Counted from the first letter of the stretch, positions 40,586-51,207 are shown. The stretch is DNA of 64,000 nt from Pseudomonadota bacterium (GCA_947498315.1 CANMLD010000003.1:429-64428), one strand, 5' to 3'. Numbers and translations are program-made. The notes: generated by a model not told the origin, from the letters alone.

Positions 40586-40800
40586 TCAATAGAAGCCGTG
40601 CCTCTCGAAGTAGGGTGCGATGACCTTTTGGTCCTTCGAGATGACCATGTCGCTCTTTTTCCGCATTGGGTTCGCGGACGCGTTCACGTCCATTGCGATG
40701 CCCCACGCGTGCGTGCTGAAGTTCGACGAGCCGCCCCGCTTGGAACGGTAGACTTAGCAGCCGTCATAGCTGTTGATGTGCGACGCGAGACCGGCGTTTC
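40586..40800 (-). pseudogene. Degraded remnant of an M15A/LAS-type peptidase (YcbK/DUF882-like) C-terminal region
   Basis: Minus-strand translation gives INSYDGC*VYRSKRGGSSNFSTHAWGIAMDVNASANPMRKKSDMVISKDQKVIAPYFERHGFY, containing the SxHxxGxAxD motif, but interrupted by in-frame TAA/TGA stops and lacking a start. Local GC is lower than the surroundings. Confidence 0.4.
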
Positions 40801-40933
40801 AGATGCTTTGACTCTGGCCATGGCCACACGACCCCGGCACTGAGACCTCATCAGTGGGACGCAGGGCCCCAGGGCCGCTTGCCGTACCGCTGGTTTCAGG
40901 CGAGAAACGGACGTCGACCACGCCGGAAGGCCC

Positions 40934-41734
40934 ATGCCCCTCGAGGACCGAGCCGCGATGAACACGGTGAGCCAGACCCTCCTAGAGCCGCTCTACAAGC
41001 AGTACTTCGCGCGGCCCATCGCCTTTGCGCGCTTTCAGGGCATCTACTCGACCTTCTCGGACGCAGAGCGCGCCGTCCCAGCGACCCTGCCCGGGCACTT
41101 CGATACGGACGACGCTGCCGGCATGTACGGGGACCGGCTCGACCGGCTTCACCCCGAGGACTATGCGCCGCTCTTTTGGCTCTCCCGCATCGTGCAGCCG
41201 GGGATGACCCTCTTCGATCTCGGCGGACACATCGGCATCGCCCGTCACGCGTTCGGTCGCGTGTTGCCCGCCCTCGCGGAGACCCGCTGGATCTGCCAGG
41301 ACTTGCCCGCCGTCGCCAAACGTGGCCAGGCGCTCCTCGCCGAACGACCGGCGGCCGGGCTGTCGTTCACGTCGGAGGTCTCTGATGGGGACGGCGCCGA
41401 TGTCTGGCTCGGGTTCGGGTCACCGCAGTACCTCGATTGGGACCTGCCGGATCGGCTCGCTGCTCTGAAACGACCGCCTCGTTGGGTCATCCTGAACAAG
41501 ATCCCGGTCCACCCGTGGGCTGAGACCGTCACGCTTCAGAACGTCGGGACCGCCATCTGTCCCTACCGCATCTTCGCCGATGCGCCTGTGGTGTCGGCCT
41601 ACCGCGCCGCTGGCTACCGGCTCGTGGACCGGTGGAAGAACCCCGGTTGTCGGTGCCACATCCCTTTCCACACCGAGTTCGACGTCGACCCCTACTCTGG
41701 TTTCGCTTTCGAGCGCAGCGAAATGCTACCCTGA
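40934..41734 (+). CDS. Putative SAM-dependent methyltransferase (FkbM-like fold); assignment tentative
   Basis: LFDLGGHIGIARHAF glycine-rich segment resembles a methyltransferase motif I. Good GC3 bias. No confident family call. Confidence 0.35.
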   Translation: MPLEDRAAMNTVSQTLLEPLYKQYFARPIAFARFQGIYSTFSDAERAVPATLPGHFDTDDAAGMYGDRLDRLHPEDYAPLFWLSRIVQPGMTLFDLGGHIGIARHAFGRVLPALAETRWICQDLPAVAKRGQALLAERPAAGLSFTSEVSDGDGADVWLGFGSPQYLDWDLPDRLAALKRPPRWVILNKIPVHPWAETVTLQNVGTAICPYRIFADAPVVSAYRAAGYRLVDRWKNPGCRCHIPFHTEFDVDPYSGFAFERSEMLP

Positions 41735-41786
41735 TGGCAGGTCCCGCGATGGCGGATCGCGAGACCTCTCCTTGGGAGGCAGCCTC

Positions 41787-42272
41787 GTGAACAGACCAAC
41801 TTCGCTCAGCGCGTCGGCGCGCCAGCGTCCCTGGCCTGAGTCGGGTCGCGTCATCGTGCATCAGCGCGTGGACGCCCTCCGCTTCCGCGCAGGTCTCCTC
41901 GGGTGTCTTCTCGCCCTCGGGTGCATCGAAGTAACCATCCCGGCGGACGATACTGGGCCCGGGCGCCAACCTCCTGGGGGGCCGCCAGGCGTGACGCCCG
42001 GGACGCCCACGAGCCCCTCTGACGATGTCTCCGTTGGAGTTGGACCCGGGCTCGACCTCATCGATAGCGGAGCGAGCGCCGACGCCTCAGGGGTGATTGC
42101 GGACTGCGGTTCGCACTGCGACTGCGACCTGGGTCAGGACTGCATCAATGGTCGCTGCGTCACGGGCGCTCTCTCCATCTATTGCTGCGATGCCGCGGCC
42201 TGCCCAATCGGAGCGGATTGTTGGTCGGAGAGCGGCTCGCCGGGGACGTGCATCGCGGGGGGGCCACCATGA
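41787..42272 (+). CDS. Small secreted Cys-rich protein; start uncertain (GTG 41787)
   Basis: Hydrophobic LLGCLLALGCIEV segment then Pro/Gly-rich linker and C-terminal CGSHCDCDLGQDCINGRCV...CCDAAACPIGADCW. Stop overlaps the next start as ATGA. Confidence 0.3.
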   Translation: MNRPTSLSASARQRPWPESGRVIVHQRVDALRFRAGLLGCLLALGCIEVTIPADDTGPGRQPPGGPPGVTPGTPTSPSDDVSVGVGPGLDLIDSGASADASGVIADCGSHCDCDLGQDCINGRCVTGALSIYCCDAAACPIGADCWSESGSPGTCIAGGPP

Positions 42273-43300
42273 GCGAGGTCCCCGACGGCTTTGACGTCTT
42301 TGCCGCCCCTGAGCGACGGACCTGGCGTTCCGCCGGGCTGAAGTTGCACTACCGCCTCTATCATCGAAGAGGGGTCGATGACGTTTCCCGGCCCCTCGTC
42401 ATCCTTCATCACGGATGGCTCGATCAGGGGGCGAGTTGGGGCCCGGTCGCCGACCGGCTTGCACGTGACTTTCGAGTCGTCGTTCCAGACGCGCGCGGGC
42501 ACGGCGACAGCGACTGGGTGGGTCCAGGGGGCGCTTACTGGTTCCCCGACTACCTGCTCGACCTCCACAACCTCGTTGACTCACTTCGGTCCGAAGGCAT
42601 CCACGGCGATGAGCCCGTCGACCTCATCGGCCACTCGATGGGCGGTTCTGTCGCCGCCTATTACGCCGGGACCTTTCCAGAAGACGTGCGTCGCCTCGTG
42701 CTCATCGAAGGCCTTGGCCCGCCGAACGAAGGCCCCGGCCTCATCGCTGCTCGATTGCACGGTTTCGTCTCCAGCACACGCGCGGCGTGGTCGAAACGGG
42801 AGCGGCAAAGCACTGGAGGGCTGGCGCCGGAGGGAGGTGAGTCGCCACGTGCCGACGTGCTCCCGGGGCTCGACGACGCCGCGCGGCGCCTGATGCAAGC
42901 CGATCGACTGCTCGCGGCTCCCGTGGCCCAGTGGCTAGCGGGCCATGCGACGCGGCCTGCGCCGGACGGCCAGGGCTGGGTCTGGAAGAGCGATCCGTTG
43001 CACAAGGCCCGCTCCGGCATGCCCTTCGTCATCGACCATGCCCGTGAGCTGTGGTCCCGCATCACGGCACCCACCTTGGTCGTCGACGCTGGCCGTGGGT
43101 TTCCCACTCCGGACCGTGCCGAACGGCTCGCCCAGATCCGCGACCACCGTGCAGTGACGCTCCCGCATGTCGGCCATAACGTGCATCTGCACGATCCGGT
43201 GCGGCTCTCGAAGCTCATCTCAGCCCACCTGTTGCCGAAGGCTCTCCCGGGCGACTTCGAGCGTCTCGCTGAAGCCGCACACGCCGCAGGGGTCCCGTGA
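42269..43300 (+). CDS. Alpha/beta-hydrolase fold protein
   Basis: LVILHHGW...DARGHGDS and nucleophile elbow IGHSMGG. Confidence 0.7.
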   Translation: MSEVPDGFDVFAAPERRTWRSAGLKLHYRLYHRRGVDDVSRPLVILHHGWLDQGASWGPVADRLARDFRVVVPDARGHGDSDWVGPGGAYWFPDYLLDLHNLVDSLRSEGIHGDEPVDLIGHSMGGSVAAYYAGTFPEDVRRLVLIEGLGPPNEGPGLIAARLHGFVSSTRAAWSKRERQSTGGLAPEGGESPRADVLPGLDDAARRLMQADRLLAAPVAQWLAGHATRPAPDGQGWVWKSDPLHKARSGMPFVIDHARELWSRITAPTLVVDAGRGFPTPDRAERLAQIRDHRAVTLPHVGHNVHLHDPVRLSKLISAHLLPKALPGDFERLAEAAHAAGVP

Positions 43301-43329
43301 CGAGCTCACGTTGCAAGGCCAACCCACAC

Positions 43330-44078
43330 CGGTGTGGGCGCCGAGGCGGTTGCTCAGCGCTGTGAGCGCCGCGCAGCAGGCTGGTGAGAGGCGGCCTCGA
43401 GTCCTCGTCATCAACATCAACCCCGAGGCCGCAACTCGAAACGGCACGCGACGAATCGCTCGGGCGTTCGAGCGACTGGCGCGGAGTTCAGGAGGTCCCG
43501 AGGCCTCTCCGGCGTTCGTAGTCCACGTCCGTCACTACGCCAGCCTCACGGGCGAGGGCATCGATCACCTCGACCCGGCGGCGATCATCCTCGGGCCGCA
43601 AGGCGTCCCTTTCGACGCCTACCCGGACGGCGCTCGTGCTCACCTATTCGGTCTCATCGCCGCCTTGGCCGACTCTGGGCGTCCACTTCTGGCGATCTGT
43701 GGGGGGCATCAGGCGCTAGTGCTCTCTCATGGGGGCATCATCGCTCCCGTGCACGGCGGTCAAGCAACTGGCTCCTACGACGGCCACCAGAAGGAGACTG
43801 GGCGCCGTTACGTGCGACGGGTCTCGACCGGCTGCCTCGTCGGGGCAGCACTCGATGATGAGTTCATCGTGAGCCACGTAGAGGGCGTCCTCGAGTTGCC
43901 GAGCTGCTTCGAGCTCGTCGGGCAAGGCGACCCATGTCGCGTTCAGGCAGTCCGGCTACGTGGCAAGCCGGTCTGGGGGCTTCAGTTCCACCCCGAACGA
44001 AGCCCGGAAGGCACGAAGGTGCTCTTCGCCTTCTTGGCCGAAGCGGGGCTCGTCACTGCCGATACCGCCCTGGGCTAG
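43330..44078 (+). CDS. Class-I glutamine amidotransferase-like protein; 5' boundary uncertain
   Basis: LLAICGGHQALVL catalytic Cys motif and conserved His near the C-terminus (LQFHPE). The listed ORF from 43167 overlaps the hydrolase gene, so an internal GTG/TTG start near 43310-43330 is more likely. Confidence 0.5.
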
Positions 44079-44153
44079 GCCGCATCGCTGCCCCACTGAC
44101 GCCCCGCCCCGCGTTCTTCAAGCGTTCAGCCGGAATTTCAGTATGATGCGGCG

Positions 44154-47100
44154 ATGCGCCCCTTCTCCGCAGTCGTCTGCGCCCTCGGAGGCCTCTTCTC
44201 GGTCCTCGCTGCCGGCTGCGGCGACCCCGCGGGCACGACCGGGTCGTCGTCCGATCTGTCCGTCGAGATCGCCACCGAGGACGTCAGCTCAGTCGATATC
44301 GACGGGGCTGATGGCACGCTCGATGATGTTCGTGGCGACGTCGCGTCGACTGACGGCGAGGACGTCGACGCGCTCCCCGACCTCGAGTTCGACAGCGTCG
44401 ACACGGCGGACGTGACGGGGACCGCCGTGGCGTGCGAGCCATGTGGCGCCGGTTGCGCCGTGGGGCATGCGTGCGCCGAACAAGCGATCTTCGCGGGGAC
44501 ATGCCTTCTGGAGTGCCTGCCCCCCAGCGCCTCTGCCGGCTCGGACGAGCCCGAGTGCGAGGCTGGCTTCACCTGCGCCCTCGGGCTCTGTGTCCCGACG
44601 AGTGGTGATTGTGCCTGCGTGCCCGGCGGCGTGGCAGCCGACCGCCCCTGCTCGATCACCACCGAGGTCGGGACCTGCAACGGCGTCGAACGCTGCACGG
44701 GCGAAGCTTGGGTGTGCGACGCCGCGCTTCCGGCTGTGGAGAGCTGCAACGGCAAAGACGATGACTGCGACGGACAGACGGACGATCTACCCCCTCAGGC
44801 GTGCATCGTCTCGAACGTCCACGGTGCCTGCCCGGGAACCCGCGACTGCACCGACGGGGCGTGGGGCCCATGCGAGGGTGCGACGCCGGCCGCCGAGGCC
44901 TGTAACAGCGCCGACGACGACTGCGACGGCGCTACTGACGAAGCGCTGGTGAGGTCGTGCGAGACCGTCTCTGATGCTGGGAGTTGTTCGGGCGATGAGG
45001 TCTGCACTGACGGTACGTGGGGAGGCTGTACCGCAGCCACCCCCATGGCCGAGACCTGCAACGGAAAGGACGACGACTGTAACGGCGCCGCGGACGACGC
45101 GATCGGTCTCGAACCGTGCTCGCGCGAGAACGCGGCTGGGTCCTGCCCCGGGGTACGCGAGTGCGCTGACGGGGCTTTATCGGAGTGTACGGCGGCAGTC
45201 CCCACGCTCGAGACCTGCAATGGCGTCGATGATGACTGTGATGGCACTACGGACGAGGACATCACCGCTGAGGCCTGTGTCCTGACGAACGACTTTGGGA
45301 CCTGCATTGGCGCTCGGACCTGTGACCCGGCGCTCGGTGGTTTCGGCAGTTGCGTTGGCGTAGCCGCCTCTGCTGACCTCTGCAACAGCCTCGACGACGA
45401 CTGCGACGGGCTCACTGACCCCGCGCCCGAGTGCACTACCGATACCGATGGCGACGGCGTCTTCGACTTCGAGGACCGCTGCCTCGAGGTCCTCGATCCC
45501 GACCAACTCGACACCGATGATGACGGCCAGGGCAACGCTTGCGACGCCGACGACGACGACGACGGCATCCTCGACGTCGACGACAACTGCCCGACCGCGG
45601 CGGGACCGCAAGACGACCTCGAAGGGGACGGGCTCGGTGACCCATGCGACGACGACGACGATGGCGACGGCGTCGTGGATGTGAACGACGTTTGCCCTGG
45701 CTTCTACGACCCCAAGCAGCTCGATCCCGATGGTGATGGACTCGGTAACTCATGTGACGAGGACGACGACGGCGATGGCGTTCGAGATGACGACGACAAC
45801 TGCTTGCTGGCGTTCAACCCTGGCCAGGGTGACGCCGACGGTGACACTCAAGGCGACGCGTGCGACCTCGACGCGGACGACGATGGCCTCTCGAACCTCG
45901 ATGACAACTGCGATCTCCAGGTCAACCTAGATCAGAAGGACAACGACGGCGACCTGATCGGGGATGCATGCGACTCGGACGATGACAACGACGAGCTCGA
46001 CGACGTCGATGACCTCTGCCCCTTTGTCGCAAGCTCGGATTCGGGTGATCCGGACGGCGACGGGCTCGGCAATCCATGTGACGAGGATGACGACGGCGAT
46101 GGCCGACTCGACGCCGTCGATAACTGCCGCCTCCTCGCCAACGCGGGTCAGCAGAACTTCGATGGCGACGCGTTCGGTGACGCTTGCGACGACGACGATG
46201 ATGGGGACGGCGTGCTCGACGCCAAAGACAACTGCCTCCTCCTTGCGAACGTGGATCAGGCCGACCTCGACGACGACGAGAGCGGCGATGCGTGCGACGC
46301 TGATCGGGATGGCGACGGCGTCCCCAACGCGATCGACCGCTGCCCTACGGTCTGGGAAGCCGTGCAGGCCGACCTCGACCAAGACGGCCTCGGTGACGCT
46401 TGTGATTCGGATCGAGACGGCGATGGCGTTCTCAATGCCGTCGACCGCTGCCCGAACGCGCCCGACCCCACTCAGCTCAACCTCGACGGTGACGCTCTCG
46501 GTGACGCCTGCGACCCCGATGACGACGGCGATGGCGAAGACGACCTCGACGACAACTGCCTTGCAGTGCCCAACGCCAATCAGGCGAACCTCGATCTGGA
46601 CTCGTTCGGCGACGCTTGCGACCCCGATCAGGACGGCGATGGCGTGCTCGATGTCACCGATAACTGCGACCGAGACGTGAACCCGGGCCAACAGAACGTC
46701 GACGGCGACTCGCTTGGCGACGTGTGTGATCCGGATGACGACGGTGACGGCGTGCTAGACGGCGTCGACAACTGCGTCAACAAGGCTAACCCGACGCAGA
46801 CCAACACCGATGGGGACGCCTTCGGCAACGCCTGTGACACCGACGACGACAATGACGGCAAGCCCGACGGTTTCGATAACTGTGCCTTCATCTTCAATCC
46901 CGACCAAACTGACTCGGACGGCGATGGACGGGGAGACCCGTGCGACTCCGACGAAGACCTCGATGGGACCCTTGACGCCGTAGACAATTGTCCAACGATC
47001 TCAAATGAAGATCAGTTGAACACCGACGGAGATGCACAGGGTGACGCATGCGACTTCGACGATGACGGCGACGGTGTGGTGGACTCGTCCGACAAGTGCC

Positions 47101-50100
47101 CGATCCTCTTCGATCCCGCGCAGATCGACAGCGACGGCGACGGCCGTGGGAATCTCTGTGACGACGATGACGACGGCGACGGGGTGCTCGATAGCAGCGA
47201 CAACTGCTCTGTGACGAACAACCCCGGACAGCAGAACGTCGACAAGGACACGCTCGGAGACGCGTGCGACCCCGATGACGACAACGACACCCGGCTCGAT
47301 GCCGTAGACAACTGCCCACTGGTCGCCAACACGTCTCAGGCCGACCTCGATGGCGACAAACTGGGCGACGCGTGCGACTCGGATGACGATGGCGACGGCT
47401 TCGCTGATACGCTGGATAATTGTCCCGTGACGTCGAACGTGAGTCAGGCCGACCTCGACGTCGACGGTACTGGCGATCTATGTGACGCCGATCGCGATGG
47501 TGACGCCGTGGCCAACGCGACGGACAACTGCCCAAACGTAAAGAACGCGGGTCAAGCGGACCTCGACAAGGATGGGCAGGGGGACGCGTGTGACACGGAC
47601 TCCGATGGCGACGGTACCGACGACAGCATCGACGTGTGCCCCGGACTGAAGGATGATCAGAAGGACGCCGACAAGGACAAAAAAGGAGACGCCTGCGACG
47701 ACGATGACGACGGTGACGGCCTCCTCGACGGCGTGGACAACTGCCCGACCATCGCGAACCCGACTCAGGCCGACGTCGATGGAGACGGCACCGGCGATCC
47801 TTGCGACGGTGATGCCGATGGCGATGGTCTCGCGTTTGCGGCGGACAATTGTCCGTCCGTGGCCAACCCGCTACAGCAGAACCTCGACGGAGACGCCGAA
47901 GGAGATGCCTGCGACCTCGATCGCGACGGCGACAACGTGCCAAACAACATCGACCGCTGTCCGGACGCCAAAGACGATCAGACCGACACCGACGCGGACG
48001 GGGCCGGGGACGCTTGCGACCCTGACGACGACGCCGATGGGGTCCCTGACGCGCAGGATAGATGCCGTACAGTGAAGGATCCGGCTCAGCTCGACACCGA
48101 TAGCGATGGGCTCGGCGACGCGTGCGACAGCGACATGGACGCGGATGGGGTGTCGAACAGTCTCGACAACTGTCCAAAGACGCCCAATGCGGCTCAGGCG
48201 GACATCGATCAAGATGACCTGGGCAACGAATGTGATGATGACCGCGACGGGGACGGACTCAAGAACGCTTCAGACAACTGTCCGGACGTCGACAATGAGA
48301 CTCAAGCGAACCTCGACCTGGACTCACAGGGAGACGTCTGTGACTTCGATGACGATGGTGACGGCTATCCGGACTTGGCCGACAATTGCCCCATACTGAA
48401 GAACGTGGGCCAGGAGGATCTCGACAAAGACCTCATCGGCGACGTCTGCGATGATGACCGCGATGGTGACGGCGTGGCGAACGGCAGCGATGGCTGCCCC
48501 GATCTCGCAGACGACCAGACGAACACCGACGGTGACGCCTTCGGGGACGTTTGCGACATCGACGACGACGGCGACTTTATCATCGACATCGCTGACAACT
48601 GTAGAGCCATCAAGAACGCGAGCCAGCTCGACAGCGATAAGGATGGCCTTGGAGACGCCTGTGACTCCGACCGGGACAACGATGGGCTCCCCGACGCGCA
48701 GGACAACTGTCCAACCCAGGTCAACCCGAATCAGGCCGACCTCGACAAAGACAAGATCGGTGATGCCTGCGACCTCGACGACGATGGCGACGGGGCGCTC
48801 GACAACGGTGACAACTGCCCGATAGTCCCGAACAATCAACTCGACCTCGATGGCGATGGCATCGGTGATGCCTGCGACACCGACGACGACGGCGACACCG
48901 TGCCCGACGCAACGGATAACTGCCCAACATTGCAGAACCCCCAACAAGGCGATTCAGACCAAGACGGGCTAGGCGATCTCTGCGATCAGGACGGTGATGG
49001 CGACGGTCGCTCCGACCTCTCCGACAACTGCCCGACCATCTCCAACGCGAATCAGGCCGACTTTGACGGCGATGGTAAGGGGGACGTGTGCGATCTCGAT
49101 GATGACGGAGACGGCACGGAGGACGCTTCGGACAATTGCGCCAATGTTGCGAATCCGAGCCAGTCAAACGTCGATGGCGATGCTTTCGGCGATTTCTGCG
49201 ACCCCGACGATGACAACGACGGCGTACTCGACCTCCCGGACAACTGCGACGATGTGAAGAACGTCGATCAGGGCGACACCGACGGCGATGGGGCAGGTGA
49301 TACCTGCGACTTTGACGACGACAACGATGGGCAGAACGATCCTGACGACAACTGCCCCTTCAACTTCAACCCGAGTCAGTTCGACGCTGACAAGGATGGT
49401 AAGGGAGACGTTTGTGACACGGATGGCGACGGAGATGGGATCTCGGATGCGCTCGACAATTGTCCCACGCACGCCAACAGTGACCAAAAGAACTCCGACA
49501 ACGACGTGTTCGGTGACGCCTGCGACATCGATGACGACAACGATGGAATCGCCGATATCGCCGATAACTGCCCCTTGCTCGACAACCCGTTCCAAAACAA
49601 CAACGACGGTGATGCGGTCGGTGATCTCTGCGATCCCGACGACGACAATGACGGCATCCTCGACACGGTCGACCTCTGCCCCGTCCTCTCGGGCAACGGT
49701 GGCGGTGACCTCGACAGTGATGGCAAAGGCGACGCGTGTGACTCAGACGATGACAATGACACGGTGCCTGACGGGCCTGACAACTGCCCGACCATCTCCA
49801 ACTTCACTCAGGCCGACCTCGATGGCGATGGCCAAGGGAACGCCTGCGATCTCGACGATGACGCTGACGGTGTCGCCGATACGAACGACTGCGGCCCGCT
49901 CGATCCGAAGATAAAGCCCGGCGCACAGGAGATATGCAACGGGTATGACGACAACTGTGACGGACTCTCGGACATCAACGCGCCCTTCTGTCTGCCACTG
50001 TACAAAGACGGCGACCTCGACAACTGGGGAAGCGACACGAGTGAGTGTGTCTGCTTCGGCAAACCCGGCTGGAGCCTCTATAATGGCGACTGTGACGACA

Positions 50101-50981
50101 ACAACAACGCGGTGAAGCCGTCGGCGACCGAAGTCTGCGGCAACGTTCTCGATGAGAACTGCGACGGGCTTCAGGGGGTTGGCTTCACGGCGCTACCCAT
50201 TTACGTCTCGGCGCCGTATTCGCTCCCGGACGTCGCGGTCCGTATCGTCCTCGATGACCCCGCGACCGTAAAGGCCATCGGCAACCCGGCCTCGATTCGG
50301 ATCTTCCCTGAGCCCGTTGGGGTGCCTTACGCGTCGCCGTTTGGACCCATCCCCTACACGGTCGAGCGCTTCGACCCCGGGCAGCGCCTCTCGCTTTGGG
50401 TGAAGATGAACGTCGTGGGTGGGGCTGAAGTGCCGATCTACCTCTATTTCGGTGGCCCCGCCGGCGGGACGACGCCCCCCGACCATCTCTTTATTGCGTA
50501 CAACAACATGAGTGACAGTGGAGGCTTCAGCGCCGACTCGAACGCGAACCACGGGTTCGGGGTGACGCAGGTCAGCGCGCCCGTGATATCGCCACCTCTC
50601 TCACTGAGGCTGTGGGGCGACCGCCACATGAACACCTGCGGTGCGGCCTATGTGCTGACCAGCGGGATCTTCACGGCGCCATACACCGGGATCGTCAAGC
50701 TCGCGGCGCACGGCATGGCCGAGTGTGGGTCGTGCGTCGCACAGCTTCGGGTCGACGGCGTGCCTGTCGCGAGTACCAACTCGCAGGGCGCCTTGAGCTA
50801 CTTCGAAGGCGTCATCGAGGTCGGGGAGGGCGACCACGTCTGGTCCCTCGGCGTCGTTTCGACCAACCCGTGTGGCGAGGCCTATGGCGCCGTCCTCGAC
50901 GACTTGGTCATCACGATGTCGACCGACTCCGGACCGACGACCTCACCCCGATACGCAGAGGCGACCTCCACATGCCAGTGA
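44154..50981 (+). CDS. Giant lipoprotein (2275 aa): N-terminal MopE-like Cys repeats, ~100+ thrombospondin type-3 calcium-binding repeats, C-terminal MopE-like repeats plus a ~330-aa unknown domain
   Basis: Signal + lipobox VLAAGCG. Eight 'C.G.DDDCDG.TDE' modules. From ~aa 430 to ~1870 nearly uninterrupted 'D.D.DG.GD.CD.D.DNDG..D..DNCP...N..Q.D' TSP3 units. Single continuous ORF with strong GC3 bias. Antisense ORFs listed inside it are artefacts. Confidence 0.8.
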   Translation: MRPFSAVVCALGGLFSVLAAGCGDPAGTTGSSSDLSVEIATEDVSSVDIDGADGTLDDVRGDVASTDGEDVDALPDLEFDSVDTADVTGTAVACEPCGAGCAVGHACAEQAIFAGTCLLECLPPSASAGSDEPECEAGFTCALGLCVPTSGDCACVPGGVAADRPCSITTEVGTCNGVERCTGEAWVCDAALPAVESCNGKDDDCDGQTDDLPPQACIVSNVHGACPGTRDCTDGAWGPCEGATPAAEACNSADDDCDGATDEALVRSCETVSDAGSCSGDEVCTDGTWGGCTAATPMAETCNGKDDDCNGAADDAIGLEPCSRENAAGSCPGVRECADGALSECTAAVPTLETCNGVDDDCDGTTDEDITAEACVLTNDFGTCIGARTCDPALGGFGSCVGVAASADLCNSLDDDCDGLTDPAPECTTDTDGDGVFDFEDRCLEVLDPDQLDTDDDGQGNACDADDDDDGILDVDDNCPTAAGPQDDLEGDGLGDPCDDDDDGDGVVDVNDVCPGFYDPKQLDPDGDGLGNSCDEDDDGDGVRDDDDNCLLAFNPGQGDADGDTQGDACDLDADDDGLSNLDDNCDLQVNLDQKDNDGDLIGDACDSDDDNDELDDVDDLCPFVASSDSGDPDGDGLGNPCDEDDDGDGRLDAVDNCRLLANAGQQNFDGDAFGDACDDDDDGDGVLDAKDNCLLLANVDQADLDDDESGDACDADRDGDGVPNAIDRCPTVWEAVQADLDQDGLGDACDSDRDGDGVLNAVDRCPNAPDPTQLNLDGDALGDACDPDDDGDGEDDLDDNCLAVPNANQANLDLDSFGDACDPDQDGDGVLDVTDNCDRDVNPGQQNVDGDSLGDVCDPDDDGDGVLDGVDNCVNKANPTQTNTDGDAFGNACDTDDDNDGKPDGFDNCAFIFNPDQTDSDGDGRGDPCDSDEDLDGTLDAVDNCPTISNEDQLNTDGDAQGDACDFDDDGDGVVDSSDKCPILFDPAQIDSDGDGRGNLCDDDDDGDGVLDSSDNCSVTNNPGQQNVDKDTLGDACDPDDDNDTRLDAVDNCPLVANTSQADLDGDKLGDACDSDDDGDGFADTLDNCPVTSNVSQADLDVDGTGDLCDADRDGDAVANATDNCPNVKNAGQADLDKDGQGDACDTDSDGDGTDDSIDVCPGLKDDQKDADKDKKGDACDDDDDGDGLLDGVDNCPTIANPTQADVDGDGTGDPCDGDADGDGLAFAADNCPSVANPLQQNLDGDAEGDACDLDRDGDNVPNNIDRCPDAKDDQTDTDADGAGDACDPDDDADGVPDAQDRCRTVKDPAQLDTDSDGLGDACDSDMDADGVSNSLDNCPKTPNAAQADIDQDDLGNECDDDRDGDGLKNASDNCPDVDNETQANLDLDSQGDVCDFDDDGDGYPDLADNCPILKNVGQEDLDKDLIGDVCDDDRDGDGVANGSDGCPDLADDQTNTDGDAFGDVCDIDDDGDFIIDIADNCRAIKNASQLDSDKDGLGDACDSDRDNDGLPDAQDNCPTQVNPNQADLDKDKIGDACDLDDDGDGALDNGDNCPIVPNNQLDLDGDGIGDACDTDDDGDTVPDATDNCPTLQNPQQGDSDQDGLGDLCDQDGDGDGRSDLSDNCPTISNANQADFDGDGKGDVCDLDDDGDGTEDASDNCANVANPSQSNVDGDAFGDFCDPDDDNDGVLDLPDNCDDVKNVDQGDTDGDGAGDTCDFDDDNDGQNDPDDNCPFNFNPSQFDADKDGKGDVCDTDGDGDGISDALDNCPTHANSDQKNSDNDVFGDACDIDDDNDGIADIADNCPLLDNPFQNNNDGDAVGDLCDPDDDNDGILDTVDLCPVLSGNGGGDLDSDGKGDACDSDDDNDTVPDGPDNCPTISNFTQADLDGDGQGNACDLDDDADGVADTNDCGPLDPKIKPGAQEICNGYDDNCDGLSDINAPFCLPLYKDGDLDNWGSDTSECVCFGKPGWSLYNGDCDDNNNAVKPSATEVCGNVLDENCDGLQGVGFTALPIYVSAPYSLPDVAVRIVLDDPATVKAIGNPASIRIFPEPVGVPYASPFGPIPYTVERFDPGQRLSLWVKMNVVGGAEVPIYLYFGGPAGGTTPPDHLFIAYNNMSDSGGFSADSNANHGFGVTQVSAPVISPPLSLRLWGDRHMNTCGAAYVLTSGIFTAPYTGIVKLAAHGMAECGSCVAQLRVDGVPVASTNSQGALSYFEGVIEVGEGDHVWSLGVVSTNPCGEAYGAVLDDLVITMSTDSGPTTSPRYAEATSTCQ

Positions 50982-51036
50982 GCGACCACCGGCGCACGGA
51001 GACGGGACTCGCGACGGTGTGCGTGTCCGAGAGCCC

Positions 51037-51070
51037 ACTGAGTGGGTCGGTCAAAATGGAGATTGAGCGA
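51037..51070 (+). repeat. Member of the 'gagtgggtcgg(a/t)caaaa' motif family, direct orientation, 56 nt after the giant gene's stop
   Basis: cactgagtgggtcggtcaaaatggagattgagcg. Forms a long-range inverted repeat with 51208..51239. Confidence 0.5.
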
Positions 51071-51207
51071 TCGCCGTGCAATTTTCGACGCAGCCCTTCC
51101 CCCTGCTTCGACTGGGCGCCGAAAGGCGCGTACTCGAGCGAGCAAGGCGGGCTGCATCGCCCGCCTTTGAACGAGAGCAACTCGATGCTAGCAAATTGCC
51201 GGTGGAC

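Noticed and set aside
44138-50062. Dozens of listed ORFs on both strands inside the giant TSP3 gene (e.g. 44138..44755 -, 46894..48177 -, 45964..46680 +), mostly Ser/Thr/Arg/Pro-rich
   Set aside because: They are alternative-frame or antisense readings of one continuous 6.8-kb GC-rich ORF with a coherent repeat architecture. Their amino-acid composition is typical of out-of-frame high-GC DNA.
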